From: a virus
Length of the DNA stretch: 64,000 bases
Virus record (IMG/VR): IMGVR_UViG_3300028840_004648
Span: 1-64,000 of that record
Strand: one strand, 5' to 3'
The first letter of the stretch is position 1; each line of letters starts with the position of its first letter. The notes beneath the pieces are model-generated. The model was not told the origin of the DNA and made no database searches. It saw only the letters and a program-made list of their open reading frames with translations. A program made the translations under genes and the position numbers. This document shows, piece by piece, positions 35,597 to 46,008 of the stretch.

Positions 35597-35661
35597 TAGT
35601 AGAATGTATCATATATGTAACATTATATTACTTAGTGATTAAAATATGATACATTCTACTA
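35597..35661. repeat. 18-bp perfect inverted repeat (long hairpin)
   Basis: TAGTAGAATGTATCATAT and its exact reverse complement ATATGATACATTCTACTA are separated by 29 nt. Confidence 0.7.
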
Positions 35662-35679
35662 TACTTTGTTAAATTCCAT

Positions 35680-35689
35680 GTTATATTAT
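35680..35689 (+). promoter_or_regulatory. GTTATATTAT promoter-like motif (ttccatGTTATATTATAtt)
   Basis: Same extended motif as upstream of the PARP gene, 41 nt upstream of the ATG at 35730. Confidence 0.4.
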
Positions 35690-35729
35690 ATTGAGTAACA
35701 AAAATCCATTTTTATTTAACAGGTTATTT

Positions 35730-36131
35730 ATGCATTTTAAAAATTGCGAAGAATATGAAGAAGGCGATGAAATCTGGATCGCCGAATATCGAATAGCACC
35801 TGGTCATCAGTTTGAAGAAAGAAGCGGTATTTCTGAATTTCATTCTTTTGAAGCAGTTTGTAATTGGGCAGCACAATGTAAGTTCGAAAAACGAGATCTT
35901 ATTGTTGATAGTGTATATAAAGCAACTGCTGAATATTGGGATATTCACGAAAGTATTGAATATAAAGAACATCTTAAATATCTTCGTAAACGTAAACGTG
36001 AAGCTGATGAAAAACGACGTGAAACTAAACGTTTAGCTAAAGAGAAAAGAGATAGTGAAAAAGAAGCGCTAAAAGAATTAAACGAACGCGCTGAATACGA
36101 ACGACTCAAACAGAAGTTCGAAGTAAAATAA
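35730..36131 (+). CDS. hypothetical protein with basic coiled-coil C-terminus
   Basis: Start taken at ATG (MHFKNCEE). The ORF track's upstream extension begins at a non-ATG codon. Confidence 0.45.
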   Translation: MHFKNCEEYEEGDEIWIAEYRIAPGHQFEERSGISEFHSFEAVCNWAAQCKFEKRDLIVDSVYKATAEYWDIHESIEYKEHLKYLRKRKREADEKRRETKRLAKEKRDSEKEALKELNERAEYERLKQKFEVK

Positions 36132-36144
36132 TTAAGAGAGTAGA

Positions 36145-36759
36145 ATGAGCGAACCATTATTTACATCAGATTTACACTTAGATCACGCTAATGTTATTCG
36201 ATATTGTAAACGACCGTGGTTACGAGATGGTGATGAAATTAAAAATGAAGAAGGTCAATTAGTTTGGGTTGATCAACATATTGCTGAAGAACGCAAAAAC
36301 GAAATGAACGAAGCATTGATTGCTAATTGGAATAAAACAGTTGGTCAAAAAGATACTGTTTATTGTCTCGGTGATATTGCTTTTGTAACTTCTGAAGATA
36401 GACTTAGAGAACTTATTGGACGTCTTAATGGTCATATCCATCTTATTCGTGGTAATCATGATAACCGTAAGATTTTCAAAAAGGCTGCTGATGTTTTTGC
36501 AAGTATCAGAGAACTTAATAAAATTACTTGGGATAAACAAAAGATTATTCTATGTCATTATTCAATGAGAGTTTGGGATTGTTCTCATCGTGGATCTTGG
36601 CATTTATATGGTCACTCTCATGGACTTCTACCTGGTCATGGAAAATCTTTTGATGTAGGTGTTGATGCATGGGATTATAAACCAGTTACTTTTTCTCAAG
36701 TTCGTCAAAAAATGGATTCATTAGATATTCAATTTGATCATGAAGGAAGAATTCGATAA
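36145..36759 (+). CDS. calcineurin-like metallophosphoesterase
   Basis: SDLHLDH, GDIAF, IRGNHD and GHSH motifs. Confidence 0.7.
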   Translation: MSEPLFTSDLHLDHANVIRYCKRPWLRDGDEIKNEEGQLVWVDQHIAEERKNEMNEALIANWNKTVGQKDTVYCLGDIAFVTSEDRLRELIGRLNGHIHLIRGNHDNRKIFKKAADVFASIRELNKITWDKQKIILCHYSMRVWDCSHRGSWHLYGHSHGLLPGHGKSFDVGVDAWDYKPVTFSQVRQKMDSLDIQFDHEGRIR

Positions 36760-36799
36760 TTGATAATAAATGTAAAGATGATTTAATGAGAAATAAAGT

Positions 36800-37402
36800 A
36801 TGAAAATCCGACGTATAAATCTTTTGGCAGGTCCTGGAGTTGGTAAAACAAATTCAACCGCAACAATTTTTGCTAAGCTTGATAGACTTGGTCTTAATAT
36901 TGAACAAGTTGATGAACATGTTAAATCATGGGCTTATGAAGGAAAACAAATTACTAAATATGATCAGTTGTATCTATTTAGTAAACAAATTAGGAAAGAA
37001 ACAATCTTTCTTAATAATGGAGCCAATATGATTATTACAGATAGTTCGCCATTATTAGCTGTTGCATATAGTATTAAGTACGGTGCCAACTTCCAAAAAG
37101 AATTAATCAACCTTTATAAGTCATATGAAGCTGATTTTCCAAGTATTGATATTTATCTTGGAAGACCTGATGGCGAATATGCTGAAAGTGGCCGTTATGA
37201 AAGTAAAGAAGAAGCACAGAAGATGGATAGTTTAATTAAGGATATCTATTTTGATATGCTTAAGAAAAGTTCATTAAATTATATTAATGATGGCCATAAT
37301 ATTTGTGCAACGATCGCGTTAATTAAATTTAAAATGGGATTGGAAATGAATGAAAAAGATAAGCTTGGATTAAAGCAAGCAGAAATAATGGAAAGAAATT
37401 AA
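36800..37402 (+). CDS. P-loop NTPase, nucleoside/nucleotide-kinase-like
   Basis: Walker A LLAGPGVGKTN at the N-terminus. Kinase-like size. Confidence 0.4.
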   Translation: MKIRRINLLAGPGVGKTNSTATIFAKLDRLGLNIEQVDEHVKSWAYEGKQITKYDQLYLFSKQIRKETIFLNNGANMIITDSSPLLAVAYSIKYGANFQKELINLYKSYEADFPSIDIYLGRPDGEYAESGRYESKEEAQKMDSLIKDIYFDMLKKSSLNYINDGHNICATIALIKFKMGLEMNEKDKLGLKQAEIMERN

Positions 37403-37405
37403 ATT

Positions 37406-37810
37406 ATGAAAAGTAGAAGTGGTTTTGTAAGTAACAGTAGTAGTTGTTCATTCGTATTAGTTCTTCCAAAAACTGAAGAAAAAGAATTCATGAATTCACT
37501 CGATGATATTCAAAAAGCATTAATGAAAGATTTTAGAGAAGATAAAACAAAAACATTTCTTGGTGAAGAATGTGTTATATTTTCTCAAGAGGTTGGTTAT
37601 CTTTGGGAATGTCCCGAATATGTTTTAGATAATCTTTCAGATAAGTTTACTAAAGAAGAAGTAGATGAGTTGGAAGATGGTTATTCTTATAATGATAATG
37701 AAGCTATAAGAAAGTTTAAAGAAATCTATGGTTATAGTCCAAATTCTAGTGATGCTTTTGATGCAATTAAATTTCCTAAAAATTCATTAGTACATTTCGA
37801 GCGCTCATAA
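37406..37810 (+). CDS. SNSSSSSF-leader family protein (member 3)
   Basis: MKSRSGFVSNSSSCSFVLV leader. Confidence 0.6.
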   Translation: MKSRSGFVSNSSSCSFVLVLPKTEEKEFMNSLDDIQKALMKDFREDKTKTFLGEECVIFSQEVGYLWECPEYVLDNLSDKFTKEEVDELEDGYSYNDNEAIRKFKEIYGYSPNSSDAFDAIKFPKNSLVHFERS

Positions 37811-38482
37811 ATGATTACGATAGTAATTTGTACAAGAAAATCTAAAGACGAATGGTTAGAAACGAAGTTTGCAGACTTTGTTAGTGGTACATCTCATGTT
37901 ATTTTCTATGAGAATACTAAAGGTCTTAGCGAACGATATAACGAAGTGCTTGATTATAAGTGTGCACAAAATGACGATAATATTTTTATTATGATGCATG
38001 ATGATATTACTATCAATATGGAATCTGATGATTGGAATATTTTTGAAGAAAACTTATCTAAATTAGAAAAAATATTAGAAGAATCAGAATTTGATATTAT
38101 GGGTTTAGCTGGAACATCTTCATGGACATTAAAAAGTCCAGCTGTCTGGCATAATTCTGATAAATCTAAGTGGTCTGGTTTGGTACGTCATTCGCATCAA
38201 GGAAAAGAATGGGATACAAATTTTGGACCAATCGGAAAACGTTGTATTATTGTTGATGGTTTGTTTATTGCTGCTAAAGTAAAAGTTTTCAAAGATGTAA
38301 AATTTGATCCGCAGTTTACATTCCATCATTATGATATGGACTTCTGTTTATCCGCCCACCAAAAAGGTTACACAATTGGAACAGTTCCTATTGATGTTAC
38401 TCATTATAGTGTTGGAGATTTTAGAAATGATCCAGTATGGCATGAAAGTGAAAAATTATTTATTGAAAAATGGAGTAAGTAA
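37811..38482 (+). CDS. hypothetical protein, possibly glycosyltransferase-like
   Basis: TIVICTRKS start and a MHDDITIN acidic motif recall GT-A folds. Weak. Confidence 0.3.
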   Translation: MITIVICTRKSKDEWLETKFADFVSGTSHVIFYENTKGLSERYNEVLDYKCAQNDDNIFIMMHDDITINMESDDWNIFEENLSKLEKILEESEFDIMGLAGTSSWTLKSPAVWHNSDKSKWSGLVRHSHQGKEWDTNFGPIGKRCIIVDGLFIAAKVKVFKDVKFDPQFTFHHYDMDFCLSAHQKGYTIGTVPIDVTHYSVGDFRNDPVWHESEKLFIEKWSK

Positions 38483-38931
38483 TGCTTGTAAATTTAAGAA
38501 TAGGTGATAGTCATCGAGATGGACATGGTAAATATGATGATCAATATTATGAAGTTAATTGTGAAAATCAACGTGAATTATTAGAAGCGTATTCTGAAGG
38601 TGTTAAAATCTGTGGAGTTAATCTTCAAGAAGATTGTGCATCAGAATATGAAGATATCAGTATTACTATTGGTGATTTTAAGAAGCTTTATAAACATGGT
38701 ATATTAAACGACGATGATCTTAAATATGCAATGGAAGAATATGAAGATGATATTGATGTATCATTTGAAGAACTTGAAGATACAAAAAAATTCGAATGTT
38801 TTTTCTGTGAAATGGATTTTGATATACTTTGGTTAGAAATAGCTAAACTTGGAAAACCAGATTTAAAGTATAATAAGACAAGCAACAAAGTTCCACGAAT
38901 TGATATTGGTGGATATGGATTATATTGGTAG
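38482..38931 (+). CDS. hypothetical acidic protein
   Basis: Coupled ORF. Confidence 0.4.
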   Translation: MLVNLRIGDSHRDGHGKYDDQYYEVNCENQRELLEAYSEGVKICGVNLQEDCASEYEDISITIGDFKKLYKHGILNDDDLKYAMEEYEDDIDVSFEELEDTKKFECFFCEMDFDILWLEIAKLGKPDLKYNKTSNKVPRIDIGGYGLYW

Positions 38932-38938
38932 AAAAATT

Positions 38939-39511
38939 ATGAAAATAGCAGTAATTCCAGGTTCTTTTAAACCACCACATATCGGTCATTATATGATGAT
39001 TGAAAAGTATTCAAAAGCGGTTGATAAAGTTTATGTTATGATTTCTGCTCCTGGTCCAACATCCAAGAGTTTAAGAACAATAAATAACAAACCAATTGAT
39101 CCTCAAATTGCGCTTACGTTACTTGATATTTATTGTCAACATCTACCAAATGTTTGGATTAGTATTTCTCAAGCTCCATCTCCGGTTAAAGGTGCATATG
39201 ATTTTATTGAAACTTTAAAAGATTGTGATGTAATTGTTGGTGGTTCAAACAAAGATGGTAAATTAGATAGACGTTGGTCTGGCATTAAAAAATATATGGA
39301 AGAACATAATTCAAGTATTAACATTATTGATGATATTACGTTTGATGCATCTCCACTTCCAATATCCGCATCCGATTTTAGAAAAGATTTACAATATCGA
39401 AGATTGGAAAAGTTTAATAGTTATATTCCAACACATGTAAATGGACCAATTAAAGAAGAAGTATTTCAGTTGCTTGGTGAGTTATCAAGTGAACAAACTG
39501 AGTGGCATTAA
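38939..39511 (+). CDS. HxGH-motif nucleotidyltransferase (NMN/NaMN adenylyltransferase-like)
   Basis: IAVIPGSFKPPHIGH matches the (H/T)xGH motif of the cytidylyltransferase / NMNAT superfamily. Confidence 0.5.
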   Translation: MKIAVIPGSFKPPHIGHYMMIEKYSKAVDKVYVMISAPGPTSKSLRTINNKPIDPQIALTLLDIYCQHLPNVWISISQAPSPVKGAYDFIETLKDCDVIVGGSNKDGKLDRRWSGIKKYMEEHNSSINIIDDITFDASPLPISASDFRKDLQYRRLEKFNSYIPTHVNGPIKEEVFQLLGELSSEQTEWH

Positions 39512-39534
39512 CAATAAAATAAGGAGAATTTCAA

Positions 39535-40062
39535 ATGGGATTCTTTGGTAAATTATTTGGTAAAAAAGAAAAAGAACTAACAAAAGCTGAACTTAAATCT
39601 AAACTCGAAGAAATGAAAAAGCTTCGTGAGGAAATTAACGAACGTCAAGAAAAATATGATGCTTTGAAAAAGGAAGTAACACCTACAATGAAAGCTCGTA
39701 TGAAAGATGGTGTTGTTAATAAACAAGTCCGAACTAAATATCCTGAAATGGATGAAGATATTTTCTTCGATGAAGACGATTTTCTCATGTTGGTAATGCT
39801 TGTTGATGCATTTACAGAAGTTTATTACGAATTAGAACAAGGTGATATGTATTACGAAGAACCTGTAATGATTAATGAATATGAATCAGTACTTAGTGAT
39901 AATGATATGATTTCTTCTAGTATCTCACAAGCTACTGAAGAATCTTCTTATACTCCAGATCCAGAACCAACACGAAGTTCTAGTTATGATAATGATACTT
40001 CTTATAGTAGTGGAAGTTCATCTTATGATTCTGGTAGTAGTGACTGTGGAGGCTGTGACTGA
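39535..40062 (+). CDS. hypothetical protein with S/Y/D-rich C-terminus
   Basis: Coiled-coil N-terminus and a low-complexity SSYDNDTSYSSGSSSYDSGSSDCGGCD tail. Confidence 0.45.
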   Translation: MGFFGKLFGKKEKELTKAELKSKLEEMKKLREEINERQEKYDALKKEVTPTMKARMKDGVVNKQVRTKYPEMDEDIFFDEDDFLMLVMLVDAFTEVYYELEQGDMYYEEPVMINEYESVLSDNDMISSSISQATEESSYTPDPEPTRSSSYDNDTSYSSGSSSYDSGSSDCGGCD

Positions 40063-41164
40063 TATGGGTGGAGCAGCAGGACATATGAAACATCCCTTTG
40101 AAAATGTAAATCTTACTGGTCAAGATCTTGTTGACATGTTTGATTCCATTGTCAAAGGTGATACTCCAACTTATGAAAAGGTTGATGGTATTAATCTTCA
40201 TTTAACAATGCGTGGTGGAAAAGCAGTAATTGCACGAAACAAAACAACTGCAGTTGAACCAATTGTTCCTGAAAAACTTATTGGAATGATTAGTAATGAT
40301 GAAGCTGCAAATGTTATGATTAGTGCTGCTCGTGAATTAGAACAATTATTACGTGATGCACATATTTATGATCTTAGCGGAGAATTTATCAATTTTGAGA
40401 TTATGAATGATTTTACAAATCGTATGTTTAAATATAAACCAACAATCGTTATGCATTCTATTGTTACTTTCGATGAAAAAGGTAATGTAAAAACAAAAGA
40501 ATGTCCAAATTATATTCGTGGTATGATTGGTGACGGTATTGAATTTAATGTTCGTGGTCCTAATCAAATTACTTATATCATTGATAATCATCGTTATGAA
40601 CGTTATAAAGAATCTCTATTAAGAACTGTTCCAAAAGATGTCACTTTAAATCAAATTTATAAAGAACGTCTTATTCTTCATATGAAAGAACATTTCAATA
40701 TGGATGTTACTAAGGCGGCTGATGATATTCTTGATCGTTGGGTTATGAGAAATACATCTAATATGGTAAAAATTAAATCTAATTTAGATCCTAAGTACTC
40801 TTCTGAGTTTACACAGATTGATAAAAAACAACGTTATCAAATAATGAGAGCTATTAGATTACATGTTGATTTAAACATTTTTAAAATGGGTGATTTGCTA
40901 CTTGATGATTCTGAGGGTACTATGTCACTTACAAGTAAAGATGATCATAGATTACTTGCAGTAGATGTATTTATGGAATGTTCTAACAAAGGGCTTTTGG
41001 ACTCAAGTTATATGGACGTATTTGCTCAACTCCCCGGTCCACCTGCACCGTTTGAAGGTGTAGTATTTGATTGGAAAGATCAAACTTATAAACTAACTGG
41101 AAGTTTCGCACTTCTAAATATTGCTTACGAAAAAACAACCATGGGAAGATTACCTAATGCATAA
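40063..41164 (+). CDS. ATP-dependent polynucleotide ligase-like (KxDG motif), possible RNA ligase
   Basis: YEKVDGINLHL matches nucleotidyltransferase motif I (KxDG). Start taken at the ATG overlapping the upstream stop. Confidence 0.4.
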
Positions 41165-41414
41165 AGATGAAGTTAAAGTAAAAGTTTCTGAATTCGTTGA
41201 ATCTGGTGAAAAAACATTATCATTTGATGAACTTATACCTGTTAGTCATATAGAAGAAGCAATGTTAGCAATTGGTTTTTCTTTTGAAATGGATGGCGGT
41301 GAAACTAATGGATGGGAAGTAGATTTTTGGTATAAATTTACAAGTGAACTCTATGGTAATTATACATATCAAGGCTCACTATTTTATGGTAAACCTATGT
41401 TAAGGAAAGATTAA
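41121..41414 (+). CDS. hypothetical protein
   Basis: ORF. The true start is probably the internal MHKDEV. Confidence 0.35.
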   Translation: MLTKKQPWEDYLMHKDEVKVKVSEFVESGEKTLSFDELIPVSHIEEAMLAIGFSFEMDGGETNGWEVDFWYKFTSELYGNYTYQGSLFYGKPMLRKD

Positions 41415-41986
41415 TGTCATATACGATTCTTTGTTATCAGTGTAGCAAACTAATTGAGACTACAAATATTGATCCATGTGGAGAAAGTTATATTTGTAAA
41501 CAATGTCATGATGATTGGCTTTATGCAAATATAAATCCTCAACAATACAAATACATGATTCAATTTAAACAATTTTATAATGATACTGAATCAGAAGTTG
41601 TATATGGTGAAGGATCTTTATATGATATGATGCTTGATATTAACTGTACATGTATGGGTGAATCTTTTATGAGTACTATTACAGATGCAACTTTTTGTAT
41701 TCCATTAAATCCAAAAATTACAATGGAAGAATTTAAAGCTTTAATGGAAGATTATCTTGTTGTTGATAAATGGGAAATTAAGAAAATAAAAGAACCTAAA
41801 GAGATGGTTTTATTAAAACGTGTCTTTAAACATATCGCTGATAGTTATTTTAATGATCATAAATTAAGTCCTTGGTATTTACAAAAGGTAAGTTTTGATA
41901 GAGGTCTTGGTGAAGATATTGGAAACTTTATTAATGGCAGAGATCATAAGTATTTTAAAATAATGAAAAATAAGCATGATAGATAG
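41414..41986 (+). CDS. hypothetical Cys-rich protein
   Basis: CYQC...CGESYICKQCHDD N-terminus. Confidence 0.45.
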   Translation: MSYTILCYQCSKLIETTNIDPCGESYICKQCHDDWLYANINPQQYKYMIQFKQFYNDTESEVVYGEGSLYDMMLDINCTCMGESFMSTITDATFCIPLNPKITMEEFKALMEDYLVVDKWEIKKIKEPKEMVLLKRVFKHIADSYFNDHKLSPWYLQKVSFDRGLGEDIGNFINGRDHKYFKIMKNKHDR

Positions 41987-42281
41987 ACTAAAAGATTATT
42001 CAGTTGATGAAATTAGAAGTATTGTAACACGAACTTTTAATCCTCAATTATTTCATAAAGTAGAAATGGTTGTAGTTATTGATCATAATGATAATGAAAG
42101 CTATGATAAAAATAGTGATTGCTTTATCATTAAATGTAAATATAATGAAAATTATAAAAATGAATATGTCGGTTATGATGTTATAACAGGGTTTATTAAA
42201 GAGCATACAGATATTAGTATTCAATTTTTAAAATGGGAATCTTGTTTAAGAATGTTGAAATGGAGAGAAAATGAAAAGTAG
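41976..42281 (+). CDS. hypothetical protein
   Basis: Coupled ORF. Confidence 0.4.
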   Translation: MIDRLKDYSVDEIRSIVTRTFNPQLFHKVEMVVVIDHNDNESYDKNSDCFIIKCKYNENYKNEYVGYDVITGFIKEHTDISIQFLKWESCLRMLKWRENEK

Positions 42282-42606
42282 AAACGGATTTGTAAGTAAT
42301 AGTAGTAGCTCATCGTTTATTATTCTAGTAAAAGAAAAACCTCAAACTAAATTCGAAAATTTGTGGTTTGATATGTATGTTCATAAAGATGATTGGATAA
42401 AAGAACATATTGAAGACGAACTTGAATGGTATAAAGAAAAGAATAATATAGCTAAAATTGAAAAATATGAAAAAGAACTTAACTTTTATACAGAAAATGA
42501 AGCTGATATTTATGAAATTTCAATTGATTATGATGATGAAAAAGGATATGATTTTCTTGAAAAACTAGTAAAAGCTGGTATTATTGAAAAAATAAAGGAT
42601 TGTTAA
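42271..42606 (+). CDS. SNSSSSSF-leader family protein (member 4)
   Basis: MKSRNGFVSNSSSSSFIIL leader. Confidence 0.6.
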   Translation: MKSRNGFVSNSSSSSFIILVKEKPQTKFENLWFDMYVHKDDWIKEHIEDELEWYKEKNNIAKIEKYEKELNFYTENEADIYEISIDYDDEKGYDFLEKLVKAGIIEKIKDC

Positions 42607-43797
42607 ATGCAACTTATACAACAACCACAACTTGATTTTTCTCAAGTGATGATGAAACCAAAGCGTTCATCTTTGACGTCGCGTGCAGACGTCTCGCTCG
42701 TACGAGAATTTAGAGGTCGATGGAATCCTGATAAACTAATAACTGGCGTTCCAATCGTTGCGGCAAATATGGATAATATCGCTACGATTGATATGGCAAA
42801 AGCATTATCAGAATATGAGATGATGACAGCTATGAGTAAATTTACTACACTCGATGATTGGGATAAAATTTATTGTAGCGCAATACATGATAGTTTAGTT
42901 TTTCCTACAATAGGAATTCGTTCTGTCGATGAATACGAACAATATAAGGTTATGCAGAAAGTACATTCACTATCCGCTGAAACTTTATTAATTGACGTTC
43001 CTAATGGATACACTGAAAGATTTCTTGAGTTTGTTTCCAAAATTAGAAAAGAAAACCCGAAAATCTTTATGATTGCAGGTAATGTAGTATCGGCAGAACA
43101 GGTCGAAGAACTTATTACGCGCGGTGCTGACTGTGTTAAAGTTGGTATTGGATCCGGTTCCGCTTGTCTTACTAGAATTAAATCTGGTGTAGGACGTCCT
43201 CAATTTACTACTGTTGTTGAATGTGCTGATGCTGCTCATGGTCTTGGTGGATATATTATGTCTGATGGTGGATGTACTAATCCAGGAGATATTGCTAAAG
43301 CCTTTGGTGGTGGAGCAGACTTCGTAATGCTTGGTGGTATGTTTGCAGGTCATGATGAATGTGATGGTGAGATTGTATCTAAATATAATGTATCACATTC
43401 AACTTTAGAAGACGCTAAATATAATTCTGTACAATCATTTGTTGACGGTGTTAGTGGATTATTACCACAAAGTGATGAAGAAGAACAATGGTATAATATT
43501 AATCCTCGTCCATATTACGAACCTGTATATGAAGAAAAGAAGTTCAAACAATTCTGGGGTATGTCTAGTACTAAAGCTATGGAAAAACATTATGGGAAAC
43601 AGGATGATTATAAAGCTTCCGAAGGTCGTGAAGTTCTCGTTCCATATCGTGGCCCAGTAATTAATACCATTCAAGATATTCTTGGTGGAGTACGTTCTGC
43701 TTGTACTTATATTGGAGCTCGTAAAATTAAAGATATGCCAAAATGTGCTACATTCTATACAGTTAGTCAACAAGTAAATAACCCATACGATAAGTAA
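42607..43797 (+). CDS. guaC: GMP reductase (GuaC, IMPDH/GMPR family)
   Basis: Extended similarity to enterobacterial GuaC recalled: KPKRSSLTSRADV, VPIVAANMD, GADCVKVGIGSGSACLTRIKSGVGRPQ, ADAAHGLGGYIMSDGGC, GGGADFVMLGGMFAGH, ILGGVRSACTYIGA. Confidence 0.9.
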   Translation: MQLIQQPQLDFSQVMMKPKRSSLTSRADVSLVREFRGRWNPDKLITGVPIVAANMDNIATIDMAKALSEYEMMTAMSKFTTLDDWDKIYCSAIHDSLVFPTIGIRSVDEYEQYKVMQKVHSLSAETLLIDVPNGYTERFLEFVSKIRKENPKIFMIAGNVVSAEQVEELITRGADCVKVGIGSGSACLTRIKSGVGRPQFTTVVECADAAHGLGGYIMSDGGCTNPGDIAKAFGGGADFVMLGGMFAGHDECDGEIVSKYNVSHSTLEDAKYNSVQSFVDGVSGLLPQSDEEEQWYNINPRPYYEPVYEEKKFKQFWGMSSTKAMEKHYGKQDDYKASEGREVLVPYRGPVINTIQDILGGVRSACTYIGARKIKDMPKCATFYTVSQQVNNPYDK

Positions 43798-43799
43798 AG

Positions 43800-44114
43800 A
43801 TGAAAACAGTAACAATAAAAGAATTACAAAAAGAAGCATCATGTCAATGTGATAAAAATATGGATCATTTTGACACAGTTGTATATGTACATGATGCCGA
43901 TTGGCATTTTCAAGCCGTGGGAATTGGAAATATCTCATTTCATTGTAGAATTTGCAATAAAGAAATTCCACCTAATGGATATATGAGAACTTTTCAATGG
44001 GCTGGTGAAGATCAATGTAAAATGTGTATTGACTGTGATGAAACTTTAAGACATAGTACTGATGACATTCCCAATGCTATCATTAAAGTAAAAAGACTTT
44101 TATTAGACAAGTAA
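43800..44114 (+). CDS. Cys/His-rich hypothetical protein
   Basis: CQCDK...HCRICNK...CKMCIDCDE. Confidence 0.45.
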   Translation: MKTVTIKELQKEASCQCDKNMDHFDTVVYVHDADWHFQAVGIGNISFHCRICNKEIPPNGYMRTFQWAGEDQCKMCIDCDETLRHSTDDIPNAIIKVKRLLLDK

Positions 44115-44187
44115 ATAATCTATATAATAAGTATAAGAAAAGCCTGCTGAGAATGATCAAAGAAAAAATAACGGGAAAATAGTAATT

Positions 44188-45168
44188 ATGTTTAATAGAG
44201 ATAGATATTTAGTTACTGGTGGTGCTGGGTTTATTGGAATAAACCTCGTTGAACTATTGTTATTGCGAGGTGATGAAGTCTGTGTAATAGATAATATGTC
44301 TTATGCCGCTAATCCAGAAATTCACAATATGAATTGTGGTTTAGTTATTGCTGATATATGTGATATTAATATAGTAAGACAAACACTTAGATGTTTTAGA
44401 CCAACACATATTTTACATTTAGCTGCTGAGTCTCATGTAGATAATTCTATTGCAGATGCTACAGCATTTGTCCATACTAATATTGAAGGTACACATGTAT
44501 TATTAAGCGAATCTATGCATTATATGCAAGCACGTCAATATCATGATAAAGATTTCAAACTTCGTTTTGTATATATGTCTACTGATGAAGTTTATGGAGA
44601 TCTTCCATTAGGTGAAGGCTTTTTTACAGAGGACTCTCCATATAACCCCAGTTCGCCTTATTCATCTAGTAAGGCTGCTGCTGATATGTTGGTTAAATCT
44701 TTCATTAAAACCCATGGGTTTCCTGCTATTATAACTCACTGTTCTAATAATTATGGTCCTTATCAACATGAAGAAAAATTAATTCCTAAATTGATAAGAA
44801 AGTTATGTAAATCTGAAGAATTTCCACTATATGGTGACGGTTTAAATGAACGTGATTGGATCTATGTAGATGATCATATTAAAGGTTTTTTGCGAGCCGC
44901 TGATGAAGGAAAAATTGGTGAAGTTTATAATTTTGGAGCAAATACAGTTTATTCAAATATCGATGTAATTGATAAAATTTGTAATACAATTAATATTGAT
45001 AAGAATAAATATATTAGATTTGTAAAAGATCGTAAAGGGCACGATCGTAGATATGCAATAGATGCAACAAAAGCGAAAAAGAAACTAAAATGGGAACCAA
45101 GAGTTTCATTTGAGGAAGGAATTAAAAGGACTATTGGATGGTACGAGAAGAACAAGAATTGGAGATGA
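44188..45168 (+). CDS. rmlB: dTDP-glucose 4,6-dehydratase (RmlB)
   Basis: VTGGAGFIG Rossmann motif, MSTDEVYGD, and YxxxK in YSSSKAAAD. Confidence 0.8.
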   Translation: MFNRDRYLVTGGAGFIGINLVELLLLRGDEVCVIDNMSYAANPEIHNMNCGLVIADICDINIVRQTLRCFRPTHILHLAAESHVDNSIADATAFVHTNIEGTHVLLSESMHYMQARQYHDKDFKLRFVYMSTDEVYGDLPLGEGFFTEDSPYNPSSPYSSSKAAADMLVKSFIKTHGFPAIITHCSNNYGPYQHEEKLIPKLIRKLCKSEEFPLYGDGLNERDWIYVDDHIKGFLRAADEGKIGEVYNFGANTVYSNIDVIDKICNTINIDKNKYIRFVKDRKGHDRRYAIDATKAKKKLKWEPRVSFEEGIKRTIGWYEKNKNWR

Positions 45169-45304
45169 TATTAGAATGCTCTATATTAGAATGTAAAAAT
45201 ATTGCAACAGTTGGTAATAAATGTACAGAATGTCATGATGTTTCTATTAGAATGGAAAAGTTATGGAAAGAAAAAACTAAAGAGATAATTATAGATGAAT
45301 TATG
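45164..45304 (+). CDS. small zinc-ribbon peptide (46 aa)
   Basis: MILECSILECKNIATVGNKCTECHD. Overlaps the rmlB stop. Short, so not in the ORF track. Confidence 0.25.
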
Positions 45305-45759
45305 AAAAAGTGCCAACAATTAAAATTCCAAATTTGCGAAAAATAGAACCAGAGCTTATTGAATTATCTGAAAATCCAAAGATTCAACCAATGAATCCAT
45401 CTAAGTTTTCAGCATTTGCTCTATTTCAATCTGAACCAATTGAAGAAACATCTGAAGAACGTAAAAAACGTATGGAAGAATTCCTTATACGCCAACGAAA
45501 TAGAAACGCAAGAGATCTCAGAGATGATCATGTTTGTGTAACATGTGCTGAAAAATATATTGAACATGGTAGTATTGGAATGGAAGTAATGGGTGATGCA
45601 TACTGTGAAAAACATAATTGGCGATTTCCATTTTATGATAATAACATTAAAGTACTTTGTATTAAATGTGCAAAAGAAGAAAATGTATGTCGACATTGTG
45701 GAGAAAAAATAGAAGAACAATGGATATACGAAAAGGATAAAGATTATGGCACATTATGA
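45295..45759 (+). CDS. hypothetical Cys-rich protein
   Basis: ORF with several CxxC pairs in the C-terminal half. Confidence 0.45.
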   Translation: MNYEKVPTIKIPNLRKIEPELIELSENPKIQPMNPSKFSAFALFQSEPIEETSEERKKRMEEFLIRQRNRNARDLRDDHVCVTCAEKYIEHGSIGMEVMGDAYCEKHNWRFPFYDNNIKVLCIKCAKEENVCRHCGEKIEEQWIYEKDKDYGTL

Positions 45760-45982
45760 TTGTAGTAATTGTGGAGCTTTTGAAGGTATAGATTTTGGCT
45801 ACTGTACACAATGTACACCACAAGAAGTTTTAGATGCTAAAAAAGATTTAGAAGATGCTAAGAAAAAGGCTGCTCTAGATTTTGATAAAAAGATGAGTGA
45901 AATTAAATGTGCTTTTATTGCACATAGTATTAAATCATATAAAGAAACTTATGATAGATTATATCATAGTTATAAACCTTAA
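45746..45982 (+). CDS. hypothetical protein
   Basis: Coupled ORF. Confidence 0.4.
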   Translation: MAHYDCSNCGAFEGIDFGYCTQCTPQEVLDAKKDLEDAKKKAALDFDKKMSEIKCAFIAHSIKSYKETYDRLYHSYKP

Positions 45983-46008
45983 TTAAATTTTAATAAAGTA
46001 AGATTAAT

